Sequence record: NC_049950.1
From: Escherichia phage 2H10
Length of the DNA: 46,288 bases
Direction: 5' to 3' (one strand)
The position numbers were made by a program, and so were the translations under genes. Positions 26,535 through 33,990 of this stretch are shown piece after piece (position 1 is the stretch's first letter; each line of letters opens with the position of its first letter). The notes under the pieces are model-generated. The model searched no databases. It had not been told where the DNA came from and was given only the letters and a program-made list of their open reading frames with translations.

Positions 26535-26952
26535 TGTACAAATGTTCTTTGGCTACAAATACACCTACTGATCATGTTCTGCTATGCTCTGATACCTCCA
26601 AAATGTACAATCAGCGGCATGAATTTTTCTTTGTACATATGATTGTACATAATCAAAGAGACAACAATTATGACAAGCCTTTTGGCCGCAGAGGTAGCGA
26701 AAAGAAGAACCTTTGCAATTATTTCTCACCCCAATAATTAATCCCAAATTAAAGCTCTTTTACTCTTTCAAAATCCTTTCAGTTAATTGAGGTCTAGTTA
26801 TATAACTCATTTAAATACATATGGTTATGTGGCTTCTTTAATTGAAAATTCTTTCATGTAACTTTAAATCGATCAGGTTGCTTTCATCAAAAATCTGTAC
26901 ATATGCTTGTACATAATGTACAAAGCAGCAGAGGTGTTTTGCGATTTGTACA
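26535..26952. repeat. Array of 8 TGTACA-core motifs flanking the attP core (candidate Int arm-type sites and/or operators)
   Basis: TGTACA at 26535, 26604, 26632, 26644 (left of core) and 26896, 26908, 26917, 26947 (right of core). Includes the perfect palindrome TTGTACATAATGTACAA at 26907-26923. Confidence 0.5.
26670..26741 (+). other. attP core region carrying a surrogate 5' end of host prfC (RF3)
   Basis: The short ORF [23 protein letters not shown] shares [14 protein letters not shown] with the N-terminus of E. coli RF3 ([28 protein letters not shown], from memory). It lies 220 nt upstream of int. Confidence 0.7.
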
Positions 26953-26961
26953 AGGTGAGTA

Positions 26962-28185
26962 ATGGCGCTGTCTGATGCGTGGTTGCGTTCAGTCGTTGGA
27001 AAGGAACGTGATAAGGTTTTGGTTAAATCCGATCGTGATGGTCTGTCTGTCAGAGTATCACCGAAAGGTCGCGTAGTGTTTCAATATCGTTATCAATGGG
27101 CAGGGAAAGGTGAGCGTCTTGATATCGGAACTTACCCGGCAACTGGATTAAAAGAGGCCAGAGAAGAAGTTATCCGTCTCCGTGGTGAACTCGAGTCAAA
27201 CCGTAATCCACGATTGGTCAAGCAGGCTGAAAAACGAAAAGCTACTGAAGCCATGACGGTAGAGTCTGTGATCCGTGCCTGGTATGAAGCATATTGTGTA
27301 AAAAATAAAAAGGGTTCTGAACAGATACTCCGCTCGTTTGAGCTGCACCTGTTCTCTAAAATCGGGAATATCCCTCACGATGCAGCTACATTGCATGATT
27401 GGTTAGAAGTCCTGGAGCCTCTTAGCACTAAGACTCCAGCAATAGCAGACCGATTGCTAATTAACGCAAAGCAGGCCCATGTCTGGGCGTATAAGAGAAA
27501 GCTTATTGAAACTCGCCCGCTGTCGGATATCACGGGTAAAGATATGGATATCCGTAAAGGTCAGAAGAAACGGTTTCTGACACACGATGAAATTAAAATT
27601 CTTTATGCTGCGATCGATGGCTCTAGAATGGTTCCCAAATACCGGGCCTTCATTAAACTATTACTGCATTTTGGTTGCCGTAGTTCGGAGCTAATTACTG
27701 CTAGGGTGGGTGATTTTGATTTCATAAATAAGGTATGGACTGTACCACCTGAACGACATAAGACAGGGGACATAACAGGCGAACCGCTAAAGCGGCCCAT
27801 TATTGAACCGGTTGAAGAGCTTATAAAATACGTTATCTCTATGAACAACGGTTCCGATATGCTTTTTACTAAGGAAGGAAGCAGGGAGCCAGTCGGTAGG
27901 ACATCATTACAGTCGCTGCCTTACAATTTAATGCAGTACGCGTGGCGGCGTTTAGGATATCAATTCCCTCATTGGTCTCTTCATGACTTGAGACGGACAG
28001 CACGAACAAATTTTTCTGATCTTACTGCGCCTCATATCGCAGAAATTATGCTTGGTCATAAGCTGCCAGGGGTATGGCAAGTTTATGATAAGAGCGATTA
28101 TCTAGAAGAACAGCGTAAAGCTTACCTGGCATGGTGGAAGAGGGTTGAATCGATTGTTAATTGTACTATCTCTGATTCAAACTGA
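26962..28185 (+). CDS. int: Tyrosine integrase, P4-type (N-terminal DUF4102-like arm-binding domain)
   Basis: 407 aa. N-terminus ...GLSVRVSPKGRVVFQYRYQWAGKGERLDIGTYP. C-terminal catalytic motifs are HDLRRTARTN, LGH and a Tyr in VYDKSDY. Confidence 0.9.
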   Translation: MALSDAWLRSVVGKERDKVLVKSDRDGLSVRVSPKGRVVFQYRYQWAGKGERLDIGTYPATGLKEAREEVIRLRGELESNRNPRLVKQAEKRKATEAMTVESVIRAWYEAYCVKNKKGSEQILRSFELHLFSKIGNIPHDAATLHDWLEVLEPLSTKTPAIADRLLINAKQAHVWAYKRKLIETRPLSDITGKDMDIRKGQKKRFLTHDEIKILYAAIDGSRMVPKYRAFIKLLLHFGCRSSELITARVGDFDFINKVWTVPPERHKTGDITGEPLKRPIIEPVEELIKYVISMNNGSDMLFTKEGSREPVGRTSLQSLPYNLMQYAWRRLGYQFPHWSLHDLRRTARTNFSDLTAPHIAEIMLGHKLPGVWQVYDKSDYLEEQRKAYLAWWKRVESIVNCTISDSN

Positions 28186-28264
28186 CGGTTTGTATCACCT
28201 GAACATAACCAAATCTCCTAGCACACTTTGAGCGAGATGTGAGCGTTAAGTTTACGCCATTGTG

Positions 28265-28292
28265 TTGACATAAGAGGGCACGGGTATAGATA
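28265..28292 (+). promoter_or_regulatory. Candidate sigma70 promoter for the 239-aa gene
   Basis: TTGACA, 16 nt, TAGATA. This would give a ~170-nt leader. Confidence 0.4.
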
Positions 28293-28470
28293 TCATCACT
28301 ATCCCTATGCCCCTAAATCGCTCCTGCTATTTGATAAATGCAGATGTTTACCACCAAATGTTTTTGATACTATAGGTTGATTCATGATTTACCTAGAAAC
28401 TTAGTTGTAACGAAAACTTCTTAACGGACACTATCTGGATAAAGTTAGTTTTTTATTTAAGAGGGTTAAC

Positions 28471-29190
28471 ATGTCAAAGTTAAAAAATGAACCATTAGTA
28501 AGGGTATCAGAAGAAGACGGAATAGAAATAAGGAAGATCCAATATCCAGATAATACGATAGAAAGAGTTTATAAGCAGAAAGGTGTAATATTACCACGAA
28601 TACCTTTAAAAGGCCGCTTTGTAGAACAATATGTGGCCTTACAGTTGCTGGATAAAGATCTTCGGAATGTTATTGGTTGGGAGAATATAATAAAAAACAT
28701 TTGTAATAACATTAATAGAGAACAACACTTTATTTATCCTGATTTAGAAAAGAATCTAATATTAAAGTCTTTATTTATATCAAAAGTTGTTACTTACGGT
28801 AAGTGTTTTACAGAGGCGAAAGGGCGTCGATTCACATTGCAGAGAAAGCATGTGCCAGAAAAATACAGAGATTTACATGATTCTATTATGAATGTTAGAC
28901 ATAACTTTGCTGCCCATAAAGGTGAATTTGAATATGATCAATGTGGCTTGGTTTTAATATTGCCGGGGACCAAGAAAAAAAGGTGCTATCATATTTTTTC
29001 AGAACTCAATCAAATAAATTATGGTAATAATGAGGAAGATGATGAACGTTTTTTTATGTTATATGATTCACTGCGTAAAGTCATTAAAGAAAAACGAGAT
29101 AAATTAATTGATAAAATATACGCTGAAAAGATTCATACTCAAACAATGGAGTATTGGTTGAGCCGAACAGGAAAAGAAACAGAGATTTAA
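28471..29190 (+). CDS. Unrecognised 239-aa protein with HEPN-like R-x5-H motif (candidate Abi/defence moron)
   Basis: RBS AGAGGG 5 nt before the ATG. Strongly AT-rich codons. Contains ...IMNVRHNFAAHKGE... (R-x5-H) after a helical segment. Lies between int and xis and converges on xis. Confidence 0.7.
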   Translation: MSKLKNEPLVRVSEEDGIEIRKIQYPDNTIERVYKQKGVILPRIPLKGRFVEQYVALQLLDKDLRNVIGWENIIKNICNNINREQHFIYPDLEKNLILKSLFISKVVTYGKCFTEAKGRRFTLQRKHVPEKYRDLHDSIMNVRHNFAAHKGEFEYDQCGLVLILPGTKKKRCYHIFSELNQINYGNNEEDDERFFMLYDSLRKVIKEKRDKLIDKIYAEKIHTQTMEYWLSRTGKETEI

Positions 29191-29386
29191 TTTGTTCAGT
29201 ATATAAAAGCTAATTTTTAAGGAGTAATTTTCAGATGATTAAAGCTGATTACATTGCGATAGGTACTCTACGACTAACTTTTCAACAAGAGTAAGGGGGT
29301 AATCAATTTTATTTGTATCAATGGTATGACATTTCTTGGCGATAATGTTTTGATCTTATCGATTCATGTCATATGGTCATTGGTAA

Positions 29387-29412
29387 CGTCCGCTCTTGTT
29401 AAAGAGTGGACG
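29387..29412 (+). terminator. Hairpin between the convergent 239-aa gene and xis
   Basis: CGTCCGCTCTTgttaAAGAGTGGACG (11 bp, one G-U), then ctcagatttggttt. The U-run is weak. Confidence 0.4.
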
Positions 29413-29472
29413 CTCAGATTTGGTTTGGCATCTAATCATAGATGTGTCAGCTCACATCTAAGCTAATACATA

Positions 29473-29667
29473 TTAATCAATCACTCCCGCAAATCTGTAA
29501 ATCTTGTGTGATGCCCATTTATTTGGGCAGGATTTAATATCAGGATCTGGAAAGTCAGGCCTGTATTTCTGGCCAGTTCTCCTGTTTACGCTGTTCCAGC
29601 GAAGAACTGTCGATACTGAAACACCACAGAAATCGGCGACTTGTTTAGTTGTCATTAAGTTGTTCAT
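29473..29667 (-). CDS. xis: AlpA/MerR-type excisionase-like HTH protein
   Basis: 64 aa, ...TTKQVADFCGVSVSTVLRWN...FPDPDIK..PNKW. Last gene of the early-left operon, next to int. TAATG overlap with the upstream gene. Confidence 0.7.
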   Translation of the reverse strand: MNNLMTTKQVADFCGVSVSTVLRWNSVNRRTGQKYRPDFPDPDIKSCPNKWASHKIYRFAGVID

Positions 29668-30287
29668 TACTTCACCTCCTGCGGCGGCTCCGGTAGCGGC
29701 ATCCAGTGGGTTACTTTCGATGCCGGTTCTTCCCCATTGTCAGTAACTGCCCACCATTTGTTTCTCGAACAATCGTAATACCCTTCGAAGGTATCGTACT
29801 CAGTCCAGCCGTAAGACTTACCCCAACACCAAACATACTGTTTATCGTTCGGCATTCGCTCACTACAGCTTATCCAACCATCCGGAGTTACCGGAGAGTT
29901 GCCCGACAGCTCGTTCAACTTGTAAGTCTGGCTTACAGGTTCGGCACCATTAAGCATGGCGGCGCGGCAGGCGTTCCAGCCTTCATCAAAGCCGACTATG
30001 CCATTATTTAAAGACGGACGAGCATCTGGCACCACCGGCACTGGCTTGGCTATATATAGCGGCTGAACATACCAGCCCTTTGATAACCAACTGTCAGCAA
30101 TGTTTTTACTCCTCGTTATTGCCGGAATACCTAAGCCATTTTCTGAATGCAGCCATGCCACCGGCTCCTCTTCTAGCGATGCCAGAGCAATTTCATAAGC
30201 ACGGCGCTCAATATCGTCTCGAACCTCTAGGCTGCTGATTCGTTCTTTGATTTCTTTAATCAGTTCTTTATTGGTAAATGTGGTCAT
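29667..30287 (-). CDS. DUF551-domain protein
   Basis: 206 aa with C-terminus ...YVWCWGKSYGWTEYDTFEGYY...THWMPLPEPP, typical of DUF551. Confidence 0.65.
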   Translation of the reverse strand: MTTFTNKELIKEIKERISSLEVRDDIERRAYEIALASLEEEPVAWLHSENGLGIPAITRSKNIADSWLSKGWYVQPLYIAKPVPVVPDARPSLNNGIVGFDEGWNACRAAMLNGAEPVSQTYKLNELSGNSPVTPDGWISCSERMPNDKQYVWCWGKSYGWTEYDTFEGYYDCSRNKWWAVTDNGEEPASKVTHWMPLPEPPQEVK

Positions 30288-30649
30288 TATGCTCCAGCCT
30301 CCGGCGCTTTTGGCATTACTGCCCAGTGAGTGATATTGAAGTTTTCAAGGTCCCCGACCTGAAATGTCCACTGCCATTCTCCGGTTTCTTTTTGTCCCCA
30401 GGTGTACCAGAGAGAACGCCAGCCAATCAGCCAGCCTTCTCCGTTAGCATCAAATAACAGAACACTTTCATTTGCTGGTGGCAGTTCAGCTGACACTGGT
30501 ATTATTTTGTTTTCCAGTGCCGCACATTTAGCTTCAAGCACGTCGAATTTACGTACCAGGTACTCAGCATTTGTTTCGTTCACTTTCAGATCTCGCGGTA
30601 CACATTTACCGCGAAGAAACCCTTCCATTTCGAAAACATTCATGCGCAT
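30287..30649 (-). CDS. yfdS: YfdS-like protein (DUF551-related)
   Basis: 120 aa, MRMNVFEMEGFLRGKCVPRDLKVNETNAEYLVRKF...THWAVMPKAPEAGA. Recognised as CPS-53 YfdS. Confidence 0.75.
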   Translation of the reverse strand: MRMNVFEMEGFLRGKCVPRDLKVNETNAEYLVRKFDVLEAKCAALENKIIPVSAELPPANESVLLFDANGEGWLIGWRSLWYTWGQKETGEWQWTFQVGDLENFNITHWAVMPKAPEAGA

Positions 30650-31176
30650 TTGCGTAACTCCGATAACTCGTTAAAACGTTCCATAAACATCCCGTAGGCA
30701 TGACCCGGTGCTAGTGGAATCACGTTGAACATCTCTGTTGCCGGGATGCCTTCCAGTACAGGCCAGAAAGAGCCATCATCAAGCCCGAGATCGCGGCGTT
30801 CGGTTGCCAGCATGATGAGATCGGCATATTTCACGGGCGTACTCATAACTGGGGGTAACCCGTATTTCTCACGGATTACGGCGTCTATTTTTTCTTCCAT
30901 CCGTTTATAGTCAGGAAGAAGTCGTTTCAGTGGTGCGGGGATGTCTTGGCAATATGCTTCTGTTGCATCATGCATTAACGCTTCAAAAGCAAATTCCTGC
31001 GGTACCAGCTGGCTGCAAAGCACCGCATGTTGGGCGACGCTGTAGAAGTGTGCAAGATGCCCTGCAAAGCGACAGATATTTGAAAGGGAAACCGCGATAT
31101 CGTTAATAACGATGTCGTCTTTATTTATCTTGTCATAATAAAAATGCTTCCCGGAAAAAGTTTTAATAAATGACAT
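30640..31176 (-). CDS. yfdR: HD-domain phosphohydrolase, YfdR-like
   Basis: From the internal Met, MSFIKTFSGKHFYYDKINKDD... (178 aa). HD motif in ALMHDATEAY. The ORF extends to 31239. Confidence 0.8.
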   Translation of the reverse strand: MSFIKTFSGKHFYYDKINKDDIVINDIAVSLSNICRFAGHLAHFYSVAQHAVLCSQLVPQEFAFEALMHDATEAYCQDIPAPLKRLLPDYKRMEEKIDAVIREKYGLPPVMSTPVKYADLIMLATERRDLGLDDGSFWPVLEGIPATEMFNVIPLAPGHAYGMFMERFNELSELRKCA

Positions 31177-31304
31177 TTTGTTCTCCACGTTATGTGCGCT
31201 GCACCGCACTGAATTTTGGTAAAAAGAAGCCCTTACCATCCGGCGATTATTGAGTTAATTACGTTTCCATAAATGCCCCCGCAGGGGCATTTGCAGTAAT
31301 GAAA

Positions 31305-32129
31305 TCAGGCGGTGAAAGTACCAATAAAGGTTTCTACTTTGCTGTCTTTGAATTTCTCAACAAGCAGATCACGAAATTCGTTAGCCATTTTTTCCTGGAC
31401 TGCTTCCAACTGAATAATGCGCAGAACCAGTACAGGACGATCGCCAGTGATAATGCTGAGGCGTAATTTAAACGGACGTTCTTTCAGACCTTCAAACGGA
31501 ACGCATTTAAATTCAAATGCCACTGGCATAATATCTTTGGTTTTCGCTTCGACAGACTCCATCAGGGAGCGTTTTCCGCTGAAGTCATTATCTTCAAAAT
31601 CAGCGGTCTGGTTTGCTTCAATCGTGATTTTACGGACAGCCGCAGCCGCTTTTGTTGCCTGAATAGCGTCACCATTAGCATCAAAGCCTACAAGGTAGTC
31701 GGCCCAGTCTTCAATCCATTCTGCCAGTGACTTCTGGGAGTTACGCTCGCCGTTAACAGACAACAGAGCAGAGAACGGTGCTGTCTTTTTCAGTTTGAGA
31801 GTGGCGGTGTTATCTGCGTGACCTGGTTCATCAATAGTACCCAGGTTAAGCACACTGACGGCACGCATATTATCAGCATCGATAAAGCAGCGGGTGCCTT
31901 CATCTGCAAGATCTTTAGAATAACGGGTAAAGTCATCGATGCTGGCAGTGGAAAGCGCACCACGGAAACGGAAGCGATTTAAATTAAATTTTTCCAGATC
32001 ATGAATGCGGAAGTTCTCAGGCAATGCCACAGCATCGGCACCAATCTTACTGATAATTTCATTAACACCCTGAGCAGAAATAAGGGCATGGATTTGATTA
32101 ATTGCGGTTGCGTCTAAGTTCTGAGACAT
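31305..32129 (-). CDS. yfdQ: YfdQ-like protein (DUF2303)
   Basis: 274 aa, [21 protein letters not shown]... Recognised as CPS-53 YfdQ. Confidence 0.8.
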   Translation of the reverse strand: MSQNLDATAINQIHALISAQGVNEIISKIGADAVALPENFRIHDLEKFNLNRFRFRGALSTASIDDFTRYSKDLADEGTRCFIDADNMRAVSVLNLGTIDEPGHADNTATLKLKKTAPFSALLSVNGERNSQKSLAEWIEDWADYLVGFDANGDAIQATKAAAAVRKITIEANQTADFEDNDFSGKRSLMESVEAKTKDIMPVAFEFKCVPFEGLKERPFKLRLSIITGDRPVLVLRIIQLEAVQEKMANEFRDLLVEKFKDSKVETFIGTFTA

Positions 32130-32194
32130 AATAAGTCCTCACTATATAAAGATATTCAGTGATGAGATAAATAATCGGTTTATTAAAAACGATA

Positions 32195-32557
32195 TTAACG
32201 ACCAGCTGCGCGGAGTTTTCCGTCAGGTTCACCGGCAAGAGTCAGTAATTGTCCCTGGTCTTCCTGCAGAATAGTCAGGCGACCACCGCGATTGACATAC
32301 ATCGGCGTTTCGGTGGTGTCTTCTTCGGAAATTTTCCCGCGGTTAGTTGGGCGAACATATGAGAGTTTGTGTTTGATTTTCACACGGTTCTCATCAAACG
32401 GTTCGATTTCCAGATTGAGTGAGACCTTCCCTTTGGTTTTCGTGTTCATCACACCGGAAGCGACTTCACTTAGAACTGCGCCGATTTTGGTTTCAAATAC
32501 GCCGCCGTCCAGCTCCCCGATAAATGCCTGCACATCAGTACTGCGTTCACTAGCCAT
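32195..32557 (-). CDS. yfdP: YfdP-like protein
   Basis: MASERSTDVQAFIGELDGGVFETKIG... (120 aa) with RBS GAGGAG 7 nt upstream. The upstream part of the 197-aa ORF is leader read-through. Confidence 0.75.
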   Translation of the reverse strand: MASERSTDVQAFIGELDGGVFETKIGAVLSEVASGVMNTKTKGKVSLNLEIEPFDENRVKIKHKLSYVRPTNRGKISEEDTTETPMYVNRGGRLTILQEDQGQLLTLAGEPDGKLRAAGR

Positions 32558-33152
32558 TTTGCTGCTCCTCATCATATCGACCCTGCAAGGTCGGTTAGTT
32601 TCTCCACAAAACAGAGAAGAACACCTGCGGTGGCAGCCGCCCGGATGGATTGGGTTATGAGCCCGTCGTCCGATGATGCTCTTCTCTGTTTTGTAAAAAG
32701 AGCGGTACCAGCCGGAAGCAAGTGTACAAACTGGTACCGCCAAAGCAGTGGCTGTTGTGGTGGGGTTGTCACTCAGGCGTATGGTCAACCTGACAATCCG
32801 GTGTCCTCAACGGGGAAAGAGTAACCCAGCCATACTTACCGCCGCGCCATTTCGCGGATGACCACAACGCTGAGAGCACTTAGCCAGTTACGGCACCACA
32901 CTTTGTCGCGGCTCCATAAATGCCCTCATCGTTGCACCCTGGTCTCTTCCCAGGCGTCAAACCGGATCGCCACGCTGGTTAGGCGTCTTATCAGCATCAT
33001 CATTGACTTGCACATTCCGGCTACCTGGTTTGTTTGCCCTAGCAAGGAGTGGATTGTCCCCTTTAACGTCCCCAGACCGCTAACGACGCATGTGCCATAC
33101 GCCGTGTTACAACCAAATTTTGTTTGAATCTTGCCTGCCTCATGTTTCTTTT
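32558..33152 (-). ncRNA. ORF-less, highly structured pL leader (~600 nt) between pL and the first early-left gene
   Basis: No minus-strand ORF with a start codon and RBS. Contains a 15-bp perfect stem (32606-32620 / 32680-32694), a terminator hairpin and several further GC-rich hairpins. Confidence 0.4.
32693..32740 (-). terminator. Rho-independent terminator inside the pL leader (tL-like)
   Basis: Minus strand: GCGGTACCAG, 19-nt loop, CTGGTACCGC, followed by TCTTTTTA. Confidence 0.7.
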
Positions 33153-33158
33153 GGATAC

Positions 33159-33186
33159 ATTATGTATCTCATGGGTACATTGTCAA
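33159..33186 (-). promoter_or_regulatory. pL candidate with overlapping operators
   Basis: Minus strand: TTGACA, 16 nt, CATAAT. The palindrome GATACATTATGTATC (33154-33168) overlaps the -10. Confidence 0.65.
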
Positions 33187-33189
33187 GTA

Positions 33190-33213
33190 TAAAAAAACCT
33201 GCCGAAGCAGGTT
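33190..33213 (-). terminator. Rho-independent terminator after the repressor gene
   Basis: Minus strand: AACCTGCttcgGCAGGTT followed by TTTTTTT. Confidence 0.8.
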
Positions 33214-33225
33214 CATAAATATTGA

Positions 33226-33900
33226 TTAGGCCTTTATTGTGTATCTTCTTGGTTTTCCCGAGAAAATCACTGTACCAATTATAGAGCAATTACCGTTAAT
33301 CTTAATGTAAGGCTCAGGCCAGTTTGGGTTTAATGCTTTGAGATAACGCTGTGTTCCATCTTCTATCAATCGCTTGAAGGTGGTTTCGCCTGTATCGTGC
33401 ATCAATGCAATAACGTCGTCACCGTGGCAGGCAGGGACTTCGGGATCAACAAAAATCATGTCTCCAGGGCGGTACTCATCAATCATTGAATCACCAATCA
33501 CCCGCAAGATATAAGTCATTTCGCCACAGGGTACAGGGCAGGGATACGTTTCTGCTGTGCTCAAATCAACCTCAGAATAGCCAACTTCTTTCCATGCTCC
33601 GGCCTGTACCCATGATATGACAGGGACTAACGTTATTTGTTTGTTAGTGATTGAAACATCAGGTTTTTTTGTGATGTTCGTTGTCTGGTGTTCTTGATCA
33701 AGCCATCCGACAGGCAGGTCGAAACATTTTTCGATGTGCCGTGCCATGCTGTCACCGATATTTTTAGTAGCGCCATCCCCCATAAACCTGCTGGTTTGGG
33801 TTGGCTCGCGATCAATCATGGTGGCAAAGGATGAATTTCCGCCAACACCATCTCTCAGTTTTCTGGCGTTAGACCGCCGGATGTCATGGATTGTTTTCAT
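33226..33900 (-). CDS. cI: CI-type prophage repressor (HTH plus S24 LexA-like autopeptidase domain)
   Basis: 224 aa. The C-terminus has VISWVQAGAW...RVIGDSM...FKRL (Ser/Lys dyad context). Divergent from the cro-like gene. Confidence 0.9.
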   Translation of the reverse strand: MKTIHDIRRSNARKLRDGVGGNSSFATMIDREPTQTSRFMGDGATKNIGDSMARHIEKCFDLPVGWLDQEHQTTNITKKPDVSITNKQITLVPVISWVQAGAWKEVGYSEVDLSTAETYPCPVPCGEMTYILRVIGDSMIDEYRPGDMIFVDPEVPACHGDDVIALMHDTGETTFKRLIEDGTQRYLKALNPNWPEPYIKINGNCSIIGTVIFSGKPRRYTIKA

Positions 33901-33906
33901 AACGAA

Positions 33907-33935
33907 ATTAAAACCTTTGTACCGATAAGGTACAA
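33907..33935 (-). promoter_or_regulatory. pRM candidate giving a leaderless repressor mRNA
   Basis: Minus strand: TTGTAC, 17 nt, TTTAAT. The A of the ATG lies 7 nt after the -10, as for lambda cI. Confidence 0.5.
33917..33935. promoter_or_regulatory. Operator palindrome in the cI-cro intergenic region
   Basis: TTGTACC-GATAA-GGTACAA, a perfect 7-bp inverted repeat. Confidence 0.6.
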
Positions 33936-33940
33936 GTATC

Positions 33941-33968
33941 TTGAAGGTTCATTTCAATCATGTAATAT
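33941..33968 (+). promoter_or_regulatory. pR candidate
   Basis: TTGAAG, 16 nt, TAATAT, 23 nt upstream of the cro ATG. Confidence 0.55.
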
Positions 33969-33990
33969 GTATACTGGAGGTACATATTGT

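Noticed and set aside
26534-26747. 67-aa (+) and 60-aa (-) ORFs across the attP region
   Set aside because: They are AT-rich chance frames. The only meaningful frame here is the short prfC-mimicking one at 26670..26741.
32572-33127. ORFs 32858..33127 (+, 89 aa), 32630..32824 (+), 32572..32772 (-) and the N-terminal 77 codons of 32195..32788
   Set aside because: They have no RBS and an odd composition, and they run through strong hairpins and a terminator. The region is better explained as a structured leader RNA. A 26-codon minus-strand ORF (MRQARFKQNLVVTRRMAHASLAVWGR) near the 5' end has no SD and is not N-like.
33886-33990. Upstream extension of the cro ORF (101-aa version)
   Set aside because: It would span pR and the operators. 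The ATG at 33991 has a GGAGG RBS and gives a typical 66-aa Cro.
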